A stretch of 64,000 nt of DNA from Limisphaerales bacterium (GCA_044224905.1 JBGAJN010000001.1:204705-268704), one strand, 5' to 3'. Positions 50,754 through 61,335 are shown, numbered from the stretch's first letter. Notes: generated by a model from the letters alone, not told the origin. Made by a program: numbers and translations.

Positions 50754-52082
50754 ATGACTCCCCCTATCATGTCGGAACTTTTCAACACGACCGATCTTGG
50801 TCAACATCCCATCGTGAATCGGACACTCATGGGAATGATCCTCCCACTCATCATTTCAGCCGCGCACGGCGCCGACTCGGCCGCCGACCGCGTCGCCACC
50901 GTCGTGAACACGCTGGGCTGCGTCGCCTTCTGGGACTTCGTGAAACGGGAACCGGACGGCGCGCACCGTTTCACCGCGCACGTGCCAACAGGCGCGAAGA
51001 ACAATTTCGCGCTCGATGCCGGGAACTACATCAAGGACTTTTGGGGCGAAGGCCGCGAGGCGACGTATGCGGACTTTCCGTTACTCGGACGTGGGCCATT
51101 CGGCCAGGCGATTCGCATCCGCAAAGAAGAAGACGCCACCTTTCGGCCGTTCCTTTTTGTGCCGCGCGAACGGCTGCACGACTCGCCCATCGATATCAAA
51201 GGCGCGGGCAAGTCGGTCAGCGTCGTCGTGTGGGCCATTCGCGAGAGCGGCAATCACGCGCTCGCTGGCATCTGGCACGAAGGCACCGATTTGAAGCAGA
51301 AGGAAACCACCTCAATTCAGAAGGTGCAGCGCGGGCAGCGGCAATACGCTCTGTTTGCCGGGCTAAACAAGGAAGGCACCGCCTGTGGTCACGTGTCCGA
51401 GAATGGCGCGAGTTCGTTCCTGAACAAATATGCGCTGCACAAGTGCAACTCCGCTGATGCCTCACCGAAGGTGCCTGCCGATTCACCACCCGAAGTGCTC
51501 GATGCGTCGTGGCGGTGCTTCGCCATGACCTTCGATCACGAGCGGCACGAACTCACCGGCTGGCTCAACGGCGTGTCTGGCGATCGCTGGCTCGAGAACC
51601 CGAAGAACGACAAACTCATCTCGTCCGCCTACAACGCCTACATGCAGGGCCATTACGCGAAGCTGCCCGGCAAGCAGGCCGACGAGGACGAGAGCTTCCC
51701 GAAGGATCAATACTACAACCCGCCCGAAGGTGAGCCGCTCAGCGTGAAGGTGTTGAGGGAGTCCGCCGACGAACGCGTCGAGCTGCGCGAGTATCGCTTC
51801 ACCAAGATCGAGGTCACGCTGCGCGGCGGCCAGGAGGTCGCGCGCGATCTCGTAGCGCTGCGCCTGAACCCCTGGTGGTATCCGCACGCACTCTATGCTC
51901 CTGCCAACGATGGAACCGGCGGCCCATTTACGATCGGACGCGTCATCCACAGCAGCCGCAGCGTCGGCTTCACGGGGTGGATCGGCGGAGTGGCGGTTTT
52001 TAATCGTGCGCTGAGTGCGGTGGAGCTGGCGCAACTTTCGGCACTTGGACGAAGCGCACCCATCTCACTACCCTCGCGCTAA
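50754..52082 (+). CDS. LamG-like jelly-roll domain protein, probably exported
   Basis: 'WRCFAMTFDHERHELTGWLNGV' and 'FTGWIGGVAVFNRALSAVEL' match the LamG pattern (W-x-h-h-A-x-T-x-D....L-Y-h-D-G ... h-D-E-h-R-h-x-N-R-A-L). The start is uncertain (ATG 50754 or the internal MGMILPLIISAAHG). Confidence 0.55.
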   Translation: MTPPIMSELFNTTDLGQHPIVNRTLMGMILPLIISAAHGADSAADRVATVVNTLGCVAFWDFVKREPDGAHRFTAHVPTGAKNNFALDAGNYIKDFWGEGREATYADFPLLGRGPFGQAIRIRKEEDATFRPFLFVPRERLHDSPIDIKGAGKSVSVVVWAIRESGNHALAGIWHEGTDLKQKETTSIQKVQRGQRQYALFAGLNKEGTACGHVSENGASSFLNKYALHKCNSADASPKVPADSPPEVLDASWRCFAMTFDHERHELTGWLNGVSGDRWLENPKNDKLISSAYNAYMQGHYAKLPGKQADEDESFPKDQYYNPPEGEPLSVKVLRESADERVELREYRFTKIEVTLRGGQEVARDLVALRLNPWWYPHALYAPANDGTGGPFTIGRVIHSSRSVGFTGWIGGVAVFNRALSAVELAQLSALGRSAPISLPSR

Positions 52083-52113
52083 CAACCATCAACCTTTTCA
52101 GCACCTCGAATTC

Positions 52114-53397
52114 ATGAACCGTCGCACGTTTCTCCAAACATCAATCGCTACCGCTGCCGGAGTCGCAGGAATGCCGCGCACGGGCTTTGCCGTCGATGCC
52201 GCCATGGCGGTTGAGCAGGCGCACGCCGAACTTTGGCGGCGGTTCATCGATCAATACGGCATCATGATCGACTTCGCGGACCTCGATGGCTCGGTGAGTT
52301 TGCCGACGCCGGAGGAGTGTCGCGCGGGCAAACCGAACGCGCTCGGTTGGTGGTCGCCGATCGAGAACGGCGCGATGTTCAACGGCCTCTACATGGACGC
52401 CGCGGTGAATCGCTGGCGGCATACGAAGTCCGAGGCAGACGCGGCGAAGGCGCGGCGCTTGATGGAGGGCTTGCTCTATCTCAACTCGATCAGCGACGTG
52501 AAAGGCTTCGTCGGTCGCGGGGTGAGCACGGACGGGAAGTCGCATTATCCGATGGGCTCGAATGACCAGACGTTCCCATGGTTTCTCGGATTGTGGCGTT
52601 ACCTCGAATCCGGACTGGCAACGCGGGAAGAACGCAAACGCATCAAGAAACATCTCGTCGAAACGGCAGAGGAAATCGTGCGCCTGAAATGGTCGATGCC
52701 GGCCGAGCCTCCGTTCGGCCGACGCGGGTCGTTCAACGGGTTCACGTTCGACAGCGCGCCGCGCCTGCTCTTCGTGTGCAAGCTGCTCCACTCCGTTACC
52801 GGCGAGGCGAACTGGGACCGGCTCTACCGCAACTCCCTGACCGAGCGTGGCGGCAAAGACAACCGCACGCGCCTAGAAGCCTGCGAACACGGCATGGTAT
52901 TCGAGTATGCCAAGTATCACACGTGGACCTCCTGCACGTGCGTCGGAGCGGTTCGCGGGCTTTGGGAAATGGAGAAGGACGCGACTCTCCGCGCGGCCTA
53001 TGCGAGAGGGCTTCAGGCCAGCGCCGATCTCGCGTTCAAAAGCCTGCCGATGGCGGAGCATTTCGACAACGCCGACACGCGCCATTTCGAAATGGACTGG
53101 CGCGTCATGAACAAGGGCTGGAAACCCCAGAAGACCGAAACCGAGGCACAGGATCTCGCGCACGTGCAGTTGCGGAATTTTCACAAGGTCGCGCCGCGTC
53201 GCAGCATGGAAACCGAGTTCGTGCGCGAACCCACCGCGGCAGCATGGGTCGTCACGCTCGCCCCCGACACCACGATCTTGAAACAACGCGCGGCCGATGT
53301 GGAACGCGTGATCGCCCACTACGACTACGCCAAGCTCTATTACTCGCAGTTCTTCTGGGTGGAGTCGGCTTGGTGGCGGTTGAAGGAATTGAAGTAG
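52114..53397 (+). CDS. Tat-exported hypothetical protein
   Basis: The start is set at ATG 52114 (MNRRTFLQTSIATAAGVAGMP twin-arginine signal). I recognised no family. Confidence 0.55.
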   Translation: MNRRTFLQTSIATAAGVAGMPRTGFAVDAAMAVEQAHAELWRRFIDQYGIMIDFADLDGSVSLPTPEECRAGKPNALGWWSPIENGAMFNGLYMDAAVNRWRHTKSEADAAKARRLMEGLLYLNSISDVKGFVGRGVSTDGKSHYPMGSNDQTFPWFLGLWRYLESGLATREERKRIKKHLVETAEEIVRLKWSMPAEPPFGRRGSFNGFTFDSAPRLLFVCKLLHSVTGEANWDRLYRNSLTERGGKDNRTRLEACEHGMVFEYAKYHTWTSCTCVGAVRGLWEMEKDATLRAAYARGLQASADLAFKSLPMAEHFDNADTRHFEMDWRVMNKGWKPQKTETEAQDLAHVQLRNFHKVAPRRSMETEFVREPTAAAWVVTLAPDTTILKQRAADVERVIAHYDYAKLYYSQFFWVESAWWRLKELK

Positions 53398-53505
53398 GCC
53401 GTCGCAACGAACTTCTCAACACGCAGCGGGCGAGGGTCTCGCTGGCAGCGCGTGCACGAAAGCGCGCTTGATAGGTGTCGGGAAAATCGTTTTTATTGAG
53501 CGAAG

Positions 53506-56307
53506 ATGCAAAGTGTTGTCTTCGAGTTTTGCGGGCAACCGCGACGGCTTGCGAGCGGCGGAGGAATTGGGGCGATTGTTGTCCGCCGCTTAACGAACTT
53601 GGTTGCGCTGATTGCCATCAGTTGCAATGACCTTCCTGCCGCCACGCTCGACACCCACACGGTCGTTCTCGACGGCTCGAGCAATCTGCTATCGTGGGTG
53701 CAGCCGCAGGAAAAGGCCTTCGCCACAGTCGCAACGATGTCTGCAAATTTCATCAAGGCGGCGATGGTCGGGCCAATTGACCCCGCCAACGGCTTGCCGA
53801 CGATCTACACGCACAGCGAATATAGCCCGACGACCTTTCTCGGCAGCGGATGGCCGAATCATCCCGCGGGCCGCAACTCGATGCTTGCTGACTCGCTCAC
53901 CCTTTACTACGCCTACTCTGGGGACACCAACGCTCTCGCCGCCGTGCGTGCGTTGCTCGATTACCAGATGACGACGAACGGCACGACGCCAAGCAACTAT
54001 TACTACGCCAACGCGCCATGGAGCGCTTCCGCAGCCGGCAATCCCCAATACGGCACGGACAATATTTCGGAAGGCGTCGGCGTGATTGAACCCGACAAGT
54101 TCGGCGAGTTGGGCGACTTCGGTTACTTGCGCTTCTATAAGATCACCGGCGAGACGAAGTATCGCGATGCCGCCATTGCCTGCGCCGATACGCTCGCGTT
54201 GCGCATCCGCACGGGCAACGTCAACCAATCGCCGTGGCCGTATCGCGCCAACGCGCAGACCGGCGCGATCGTCGAAGATTACTGTTCTCACGTGATCGCG
54301 CCGATCCGGCTCTTCGATGAGTTGATTCGGCTGGGTTTCGGCAACACCAACAGCTACGCCGCGGCACGATCGAATGCATGGACGTGGTTGATGACGCATC
54401 CGATGACGAACAACTGGTGGACGCAATACTTCGAGGACTTGGGACAAGGCAGCAATCCATCAGGCAACCTCAACCAATACAATCCCGGCCAGACCGTCCG
54501 TTACTTTCTCGAACGTCCCGAGCTGAACCCGAGCTGGGCCCCGCATTCCTCCAATCTCATCGCCTGGATCGAAGCGAACTTCGGTGGCACAGATCAGGGC
54601 GAGCCCGGGCTGCAATACGGCGCGCGCGTGATTTCGGAACAGAACGCCTACAAGTTCAAGATGGCCAGCCACACGAGCCGCTTCGCCGCCATTTGCGCGA
54701 TGCTGGCGGAAAAGACCGGCGATCTTTCGCTCAAGGCGAAAGCCTTCCGCTCGCTCAACTGGTGCACCTACATGGCGCGCACCAATGGCGCGGTGATTGA
54801 GGGCCCCTTCGAGCTGATCCAAAACGGCTACAACTGGTATAGCGACGGCCACGGCGATTACATCCGCCACTTCATCCTCGCGATGGGCGCGTTTCCCGAA
54901 TGGGCACCTTCGGATGAAAACCACCTGCTTCGCTCCTCCTCGGTGGTGAAGTTTATCAACTACGGGCCGAACGCGATCACCTACACGACGTTCGACAACG
55001 CGGCGACGGAAGTTTTTCGCCTCGCCTCGGTGCCCACCAACGTGCTCGCGGGCGGCGTGGCGCTACCATTGCTCACCAGCCTCACCAATGCGGGCTGGAC
55101 CTACGACGGTGCGACCGGCGTGCTGCGCGTGCGACACGACACGACGAATCAAATTCAAGTGGTGCTCGATACGAGCAACCTCCCGCCCAGCGTCGGACTG
55201 ACGGGGCCCGCCGGCGGCGCTTCCTACTTCGCCCCGGCACTGATCACCTTGAACGCAACCGCCACGGGGCTTTCAGGCAACGTGACCAACGTGGAATTCT
55301 TTGCGGGCACCAACCGCCTCGCTTCCGATGCGACAGCACCCTACGCGTTCACCTGGTCGAATGTTCCCATCGGTAGCTACACATTCACCGCCACAGCTTT
55401 CGACGACAACGGGCGCGGCAAGACCTCCGCGCCAGTGACCATCAACGTCATCGCCGCCGGTGGGCCGTTCGTGTTCGGCAACACCAACGAAGGCGCCAGC
55501 ACGGACTACATCACCGACAACACGGGCGCCTACATCAATGCCAACCGCCTCCTCGCCCAAGCCAGCGGCACCGTGACGCACATCCGCGCCAAGGTCGGCG
55601 CCATCTCCGGTCGCTACCAGTGCGCCATCTATGCGGACAACGGCGGCAATGCCAGTGCCCTCCTCCGCCCCACAGTCACGCTCACCAACGTCACCGCCGG
55701 CTGGCAGAACTTCCCGCTCACCGCCCTGCTCACCATCACCAATGGGAACTCCTACTGGCTCGCGATCTGGTCTGACGACATCAATGCGCGGGTATCCGCC
55801 GACAGCGGCGGCAACCTGCGCTTCGCCGCGTATCCGTTCGGCAATTGGCCCAACCCCGTGAACCTCACCGGCGGCGGCGGCTTTACCTACTCCATCTATG
55901 CCACCGGCCCTGGGCCCACCGCGTTCAACCAGTGGAAGAGCAACTACGGCCTCGCCGCCAACACTCCCTCCAACTCCGATGCCAACGGCGACAGCCTACC
56001 GCTCCTGCTCGAATATTCCCTCGGCCTTGATCCGCTGAATAGCAACAGCGGTGGATTGCCCGCGCCTACGGTGACGAACAATTTTCTCACCCTCACCTAC
56101 ACCCGGACCAAAGCCGCCACCGACATCACAAACATCGTCGAAGCCGCCGCCTCGCCCGCAGGCCCGTGGCTCTCTTCCACCAACGACGTCGAGCAGCAAT
56201 GGCAACTCCTCGACGGCCTTACCACCCAAACCATCACCGCGCGCGACCGAACGCCGATGAATCAGGCCACCAACCGTTTCCTCCGCCTCAAAGTGAGCCA
56301 GCCTTAG
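53506..56307 (+). CDS. Large secreted multidomain protein (alpha/alpha-rich N-region, bacterial Ig-like domain, DUF4082-like domain, C-terminal module)
   Basis: The Ig-like segment is 'PPSVGLTGPAGGASYFAPALITLNATA...VEFFAGTNRLASDATAPYAFTWSNVPIGSYTFTATAFDDNG'. It also has 'LLLEYSLGLDPLNSN' and a terminal 'NRFLRLKVSQP'. Confidence 0.65.
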   Translation: MQSVVFEFCGQPRRLASGGGIGAIVVRRLTNLVALIAISCNDLPAATLDTHTVVLDGSSNLLSWVQPQEKAFATVATMSANFIKAAMVGPIDPANGLPTIYTHSEYSPTTFLGSGWPNHPAGRNSMLADSLTLYYAYSGDTNALAAVRALLDYQMTTNGTTPSNYYYANAPWSASAAGNPQYGTDNISEGVGVIEPDKFGELGDFGYLRFYKITGETKYRDAAIACADTLALRIRTGNVNQSPWPYRANAQTGAIVEDYCSHVIAPIRLFDELIRLGFGNTNSYAAARSNAWTWLMTHPMTNNWWTQYFEDLGQGSNPSGNLNQYNPGQTVRYFLERPELNPSWAPHSSNLIAWIEANFGGTDQGEPGLQYGARVISEQNAYKFKMASHTSRFAAICAMLAEKTGDLSLKAKAFRSLNWCTYMARTNGAVIEGPFELIQNGYNWYSDGHGDYIRHFILAMGAFPEWAPSDENHLLRSSSVVKFINYGPNAITYTTFDNAATEVFRLASVPTNVLAGGVALPLLTSLTNAGWTYDGATGVLRVRHDTTNQIQVVLDTSNLPPSVGLTGPAGGASYFAPALITLNATATGLSGNVTNVEFFAGTNRLASDATAPYAFTWSNVPIGSYTFTATAFDDNGRGKTSAPVTINVIAAGGPFVFGNTNEGASTDYITDNTGAYINANRLLAQASGTVTHIRAKVGAISGRYQCAIYADNGGNASALLRPTVTLTNVTAGWQNFPLTALLTITNGNSYWLAIWSDDINARVSADSGGNLRFAAYPFGNWPNPVNLTGGGGFTYSIYATGPGPTAFNQWKSNYGLAANTPSNSDANGDSLPLLLEYSLGLDPLNSNSGGLPAPTVTNNFLTLTYTRTKAATDITNIVEAAASPAGPWLSSTNDVEQQWQLLDGLTTQTITARDRTPMNQATNRFLRLKVSQP

Positions 56308-56364
56308 CGGCGCCCAATTGCGGCGAGTTGCGCTGTGACCGGCGTTTGCTCATGATGACCGCAC

Positions 56365-57369
56365 ATGAGCGCCAATTTGCCTCGCATCGCCGTCACGATG
56401 GGCGACCCAGCCGGAATCGGGCCGGAGATTTGCCTGCGCCTGCTCGGCGACGCCGAGATCGCGGGCGAATGCACTCCGGTGATTTTCGGCGATGCCGGCG
56501 TGCTTCGGCGTGTGGCGGAGAGAATCGGAGCGCCGTTCACCGCACCGATCATCGCGAAGGCTGATTGGTCGAGCGTTAGTCGCGGCGTGAGCACTCCAAG
56601 CGTGCTGGACTTGCAGTGCATCGAGGCCGCTTCAGTGACGCCCGGAAAAGTCAGTGCGGCGTGCGGCGAGGCGGCGTTTCGCTACGTCATCGCGAGCATC
56701 GAGGCGGGATTAAAAGGCGAGGTCGCGGCAGTTTCCACGGCACCATTGAACAAGGAGGCGTTGCACGCGGCAGGACACAAGTTTCCCGGGCACACGGAGA
56801 TCTTCGCCGAGCGCATGAACGCAGAGCGCTCGTGCATGATGCAATACTCCGAAGGGGTCACGTGCAGTTTCGTGACGGTCCACGTCGGTTACGCCGAGGT
56901 GCCGAAGCTGTTGAAGCCCGCGCGTATCCTCGACGTAATTGAACTCACGGCCGACGCGCTGCTTCGCATCCGCGGGCGCAAGCCCAAGCTGCTCGTTTGC
57001 GGCCTCAACCCGCACGCGGGCGAGAACGGACTCTTCGGCGAACGCGAGGAGGAGCGGTTCATCCTTCCCGCCTTGGAGGAAGCACGGAAGCGCGGCTTCG
57101 ATGTCACCGGACCCGTGCCGGGAGACACGGCGTTCACGCCCGCGCGCCGGAAGGAATTTGATGCCGTGATCTGCATGTATCACGACCAAGGCCACATCCC
57201 AGTGAAAGCGCTCTCGTTCGATTGCGCGGTGAATACGACGCTCGGCCTGCCGGTGCAGCGCACGAGCGTCGATCACGGCACTGCTTTCGACATCGCGTGG
57301 CAGGGCAAGGCCAGCCCCAGCAGTCTCTTCAGTGCCGTGCGACTGGCAGTGAAACTCTCGCGCAAATGA
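56365..57369 (+). CDS. pdxA: PdxA-family NAD-dependent 4-phospho-hydroxy-acid dehydrogenase (likely the PdxA2 type)
   Basis: 'RIAVTMGDPAGIGPEI', 'GHTEIFAE', 'LNPHAGENG' and 'MYHDQGHIP'. It overlaps a DUF1537 kinase gene by ATGA. Confidence 0.85.
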   Translation: MSANLPRIAVTMGDPAGIGPEICLRLLGDAEIAGECTPVIFGDAGVLRRVAERIGAPFTAPIIAKADWSSVSRGVSTPSVLDLQCIEAASVTPGKVSAACGEAAFRYVIASIEAGLKGEVAAVSTAPLNKEALHAAGHKFPGHTEIFAERMNAERSCMMQYSEGVTCSFVTVHVGYAEVPKLLKPARILDVIELTADALLRIRGRKPKLLVCGLNPHAGENGLFGEREEERFILPALEEARKRGFDVTGPVPGDTAFTPARRKEFDAVICMYHDQGHIPVKALSFDCAVNTTLGLPVQRTSVDHGTAFDIAWQGKASPSSLFSAVRLAVKLSRK

Positions 57370-58436
57370 TCGTCGTCATCGCGGATGACCTTAGTGGTGC
57401 CGCCGAGTTGGCCGGAGCCGCGCTCAATCACGGCCTCCGCGCCGAAGTGCAGACCGTCTTCAATCCAAGCGCCGACGCGGACGTGATCTGCCTCGACACC
57501 AACTCGCGGTCGCTTACCGCGGCTAAGGCCGCAATGACCGTTGGGGAAACGGCCCGCGCCGTAGCCCGCGCCGAGCCCGCATGGATTTACAAGAAGTGCG
57601 ACTCCGTCCTGCGCGGCAACGTTCTCGCGGAGATTCGCGCGATCATGGTGGCAACGAACAAGGCTCGTGCGACCCTCATTTCCGCCAACCCTACTCGCGG
57701 GCGCGTCATACGCGGCGGCGAGTATTTCATCAATGACCAACCGCTCCACGAAACTGCCTTCGCCAACGATCCCGAGCATCCGCGCCAAACGTCGCGCGTA
57801 ACGGAGCTACTCGGCGGTGATTTGACCGACGTGCTCACACCCAACGCCACCAGCACCGCCAACCTCTTTCACCACGCAAGCCAACTCAACAACGACACGC
57901 TCGCTGCGGGCGGGGTGGAATTTTTCGACGCCATTTTGACTGCGCGGCAACGTCTGAATCCTCCACGGGAGCGCCCTTGCCCGAAGCACCGCTCGATTCC
58001 CGGACCGACGCTGCTTGTTTGCGGTAGCGCCGTCGCGTGGCCGAAACGCGTCGAAGCCGCGGCGCGATCGCAAACACCCATCTTCTCCCTGCCGCACGAT
58101 ATCGACGCCATCGTCCGCGCCCTGCGAACCGCACCCATCGTCGCGATCGGCATCGGCAACGGACCCGCGACGCAGGGGCGCAGTCCCGCCGAACTGGTGA
58201 AGCAGCTCGCCATTTCCGTGAAAAGCATTCTCGTGCGAACCACCGTGAACCGCATACTCCTCGAAGGCGGCGCCACCGCAGCCGCGGTTCTGCGCGACCT
58301 CGCTTGGACTCGCTTGACCGCCTGCCAACCCTGCGCGCCGGGCGTCGGCGTGCTCGCGCCCATCGGCACGGAAGGTGTGGAAGTCTGTGTGAAACCGGGG
58401 AGCTACGATTGGCCTGACGGAATGTGGCCACGCTGA
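57366..58436 (+). CDS. Four-carbon acid-sugar kinase family protein (DUF1537, OtnK/DtnK-like)
   Basis: The start is set at ATG 57366 (MIVVIADDLSGAAELAGAAL). The N-terminal 'ADD-x-SGA' motif and the length fit DUF1537. Confidence 0.8.
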   Translation: MIVVIADDLSGAAELAGAALNHGLRAEVQTVFNPSADADVICLDTNSRSLTAAKAAMTVGETARAVARAEPAWIYKKCDSVLRGNVLAEIRAIMVATNKARATLISANPTRGRVIRGGEYFINDQPLHETAFANDPEHPRQTSRVTELLGGDLTDVLTPNATSTANLFHHASQLNNDTLAAGGVEFFDAILTARQRLNPPRERPCPKHRSIPGPTLLVCGSAVAWPKRVEAAARSQTPIFSLPHDIDAIVRALRTAPIVAIGIGNGPATQGRSPAELVKQLAISVKSILVRTTVNRILLEGGATAAAVLRDLAWTRLTACQPCAPGVGVLAPIGTEGVEVCVKPGSYDWPDGMWPR

Positions 58437-58606
58437 TCGCTGCGCCGAAGATTTCCCGCGACGCAAGCTCCAGCTTGATCGACAAATCCTCACGTTGAAC
58501 AGCGGCGGCCAATTGGTCACACTGCGAGAGTGACGATTCGACCAAAGGCCGGCGTTCGGCGATTCGGGATCAAACATCGGGCGCGTCACCAAATTTCGAA
58601 ACGAGC

Positions 58607-60100
58607 ATGAGCGAACAAGTTTATCTGGGCGTCGACCTCGGCGCGGAAAGCGGGCGGGTGATGGCGGGACGATGGGACGGGCGCCGTATTCGGCTCGAGG
58701 AATTGCACCGGTTTCCCAACGGTGCGGTGAATCTCGCCGGAACTTTGCGCTGGGACGTGCTTCGTCTCTGGCAGGAAATTCAAAGCGGTCTCACCGTCGC
58801 GGCGAAACATCACGGGAAAGCCGTCGCCTCCGTCGGCGTGGACACATGGGGAGTGGATTTTACCCTGCTTTCCAAGTCGGAAGAGTTGCTCGGCATGCCG
58901 TTTCAATATCGTGATGCGCGCACGCGGGGAATGCTCGCGCGCACGTTCGCGAAAATGCCGCGCGAGGAAATCTTCGCGCAAACCGGCCTGCAATTCATGG
59001 AGTTCAACACGCTGTTCCAACTCCTCGCTCTCAAAGAACGCAGTCCCGAGATCCTCGCCGCCACCGACTGCTTTCTGATGATGGCGGACTGGTTCAACTG
59101 GTGTCTTTCCGGCACCAAGGCCGTGGAGTTCACGAACGCGAGCACGACGCAGTGCTTGCACCCGAAGACGCGTAATTGGTCCACCGACCTGTTGAACAAA
59201 CTCGAGTTGCCGACGAAGATTTTTCCGCAAGTCGTCACTCCGGGTTCCACGTTGGGGAACTTGCGCGAGAGTGTCGCCACGTTGACCGGACTGGGACGCA
59301 TTCCCGTCGTCGCACCTGCTACGCATGACACCGGCTCGGCCGTGGTCGGCGTTCCGACCGCAAAAACCGGGCGGGCGATCTGGGCGTACATCAGTTCCGG
59401 CACGTGGTCGTTGCTGGGCGTCGAAGTCTCCAACGCGATCCTGACTCCGCGCGCACTGGAGTGGAATCTCACGAACGAAGGCGGCGTGGACGGAACTTAC
59501 CGCTTGTTGAAAAACATCATGGGCTTGTGGCTCGTACAGCAATGCAAACGATCCTTCGACGCACGCGGCCGGAGTTTTGACTACGCCGAACTCGTGCGAC
59601 TCGCCGACGAGGCAGCGCCCCTGCGTTCATTGATCGATCCCGATGATTCGCGATTCCTCGCGCCGCCCGACATGCCGCAGGCAATTCGTGATTTCTGTCG
59701 CGAGACCAATCAGCCCGTTCCCGAAACCGAAGGCGCACTGGTGCGCTGCGCGATGGAAAGTCTCGCGCTCAAGTATCGCCTCGTGCTCACCGGTCTCGAA
59801 GCGGTCACCGGCACGCCCATCGAAGTGATCCACATCGTAGGCGGCGGCTCGCGCAATCAGTTGCTCAATCAATTCACCGCGACGGCGTGTGGTCGTCCTG
59901 TGATCGCGGGCCCAATCGAAGCCACCGTGATGGGCAACTTGCTCACGCAAGTTCGCGCGCGCGGCGAGCTCTCATCGCTCGCGGACATTCGCGCGGTGGT
60001 GCGCGACTCCGGCGATGTTACGGAAATTGAACCCGAAAATCCTGCCGCGTGGAACGAGGCCTACGAACGGTTCACTCGCCTCTGCACAACCAATCGGTAA
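58607..60100 (+). CDS. rhaB: FGGY-family sugar kinase, rhamnulokinase-like
   Basis: '[16 protein letters not shown]...LEELHRFPN...LRWD', 'GVDTWGVDF' and '[18 protein letters not shown]'. Confidence 0.75.
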   Translation: MSEQVYLGVDLGAESGRVMAGRWDGRRIRLEELHRFPNGAVNLAGTLRWDVLRLWQEIQSGLTVAAKHHGKAVASVGVDTWGVDFTLLSKSEELLGMPFQYRDARTRGMLARTFAKMPREEIFAQTGLQFMEFNTLFQLLALKERSPEILAATDCFLMMADWFNWCLSGTKAVEFTNASTTQCLHPKTRNWSTDLLNKLELPTKIFPQVVTPGSTLGNLRESVATLTGLGRIPVVAPATHDTGSAVVGVPTAKTGRAIWAYISSGTWSLLGVEVSNAILTPRALEWNLTNEGGVDGTYRLLKNIMGLWLVQQCKRSFDARGRSFDYAELVRLADEAAPLRSLIDPDDSRFLAPPDMPQAIRDFCRETNQPVPETEGALVRCAMESLALKYRLVLTGLEAVTGTPIEVIHIVGGGSRNQLLNQFTATACGRPVIAGPIEATVMGNLLTQVRARGELSSLADIRAVVRDSGDVTEIEPENPAAWNEAYERFTRLCTTNR

Positions 60101-60125
60101 TCCACGCACCGAGAAGGCCAACAAC

Positions 60126-60998
60126 ATGACTCGACCGTCGATCACTGTAATCACGCCATCGTTCAATCAAGCAGCCTTCCTCGGGCAAACGATCGAATCC
60201 GTACTGGGCCAAAACTATCCGAATCTCGAGTACCTGATCTTCGACGGTCTCAGCACGGACGGATCAGTCGATCTCATCCGCAGATATTCCAATCGGATTT
60301 CTTCCTGGGTCAGCCGCAAGGATCGCGGGCAGAGCGACGCTATCAACCAAGGAATGCGCCAAGCCAAGGGGGACATCGTTTGCTGGATCAACTCCGACGA
60401 CTACCTTTGCCCTGGCGCCTTGGACACCGTGGCGACTTATTTCGAAACGCATCCGGACGTTCTCTGGCTCATCGGCGGTTGTGAATTGCTCAACGACAGA
60501 AATCCCCCGCACGAAATTCGACGCGCGCCGGAAAATCTGACGCCCAGAAATCTGATGGCGTGGTGGCCCAACTACGGATTCTGCCAGCAATCCACTTTCT
60601 GGCGACGCTCCCTTTTGGAATCTGCGGGACTGCTCGACGAGAACCTCCACTACATGATGGACTGGGACCTTTGGCTTCGCTTTTTCGCGGTGGGCCGCCC
60701 GGCCATTCTGAAGGAGGTTCTCGCGGGCTATCGTTACCACAGCGCGGCCAAGTGCGTAGTGGCCACCAACCAACTCCTGCTCGAAGAGCTGGCCGTGCAT
60801 CAGAAGATTCTCGACGCCAACCCGGGCGAACCGCTCGCGGCTTTCAAAACCGAGTCCACCGAGCGCTTACTGGTCTGGTGCAACGAGCTCGCCAGGCGAA
60901 ACCACTCGCCGCGCAACTTTCCGACCGGGGATCTATTACGAGAATGCGGGAATAGAGTTGTGCGTAAAGCGACCCAACTTTTCAAACCATTGCGGTGA
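60126..60998 (+). CDS. Family 2 glycosyltransferase
   Basis: The start is set at ATG 60126. 'ITVITPSFNQAAFLGQTIESVLGQNYPNLEYLIFDGLSTDGS' and 'INSDD'. Confidence 0.85.
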   Translation: MTRPSITVITPSFNQAAFLGQTIESVLGQNYPNLEYLIFDGLSTDGSVDLIRRYSNRISSWVSRKDRGQSDAINQGMRQAKGDIVCWINSDDYLCPGALDTVATYFETHPDVLWLIGGCELLNDRNPPHEIRRAPENLTPRNLMAWWPNYGFCQQSTFWRRSLLESAGLLDENLHYMMDWDLWLRFFAVGRPAILKEVLAGYRYHSAAKCVVATNQLLLEELAVHQKILDANPGEPLAAFKTESTERLLVWCNELARRNHSPRNFPTGDLLRECGNRVVRKATQLFKPLR

Positions 60999-61059
60999 CT
61001 TCGAACGCCGCCCCGATTTATCGCAGGGAAACTACTTAGGGTACTGAGGGGGCGAGAAG

Positions 61060-61135
61060 TGGTGGCTGGGGGCGGAATTGAACCGCCGACACGTCAATTT
61101 TCAGTCGACTGCTCTACCAACTGAGCTACCCAGCC
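61060..61135 (-). tRNA. tRNA-Phe (anticodon GAA), CCA encoded
   Basis: The reverse complement reads GGCTGGGTAGCTCAGTTGGTAGAGCAGTCGACTGAAAATTGACGTGTCGGCGGTTCAATTCCGCCCCCAGCCACCA. Acceptor GGCTGGG/CCCAGCC, D stem GCTC/GAGC, anticodon loop CT-GAA-AA, T stem GGCGG/CCGCC. Confidence 0.92.
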
Positions 61136-61335
61136 ACACAACTGAGGTTGCGGATTGAACTTGGATAGCATCGATTTGGCAAGGGCAATTTCGATTAAAA
61201 CGCGGCCTCCAGGTCCAGAAACGCCGAGACGATAACGCCGACAATCGGCTTGCCCGGCGTCGCCTCGACCTCTAGCCTGCCGCCCATGTCCTTCACGCTC
61301 GTTGGCTCCACTGGCCCAATGCTGCCGCCGTTGAC

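Noticed and set aside
61136-61335. 200-nt leader between tRNA-Phe and nupC inspected for a purine, ZTP or other riboswitch
   Set aside because: I could not find the conserved cores I remember for purine, ZTP, preQ1 or 2'-dG riboswitches, and there is no obvious terminator or sequestor hairpin. It cannot be excluded without a covariance-model search (cmscan with Rfam).
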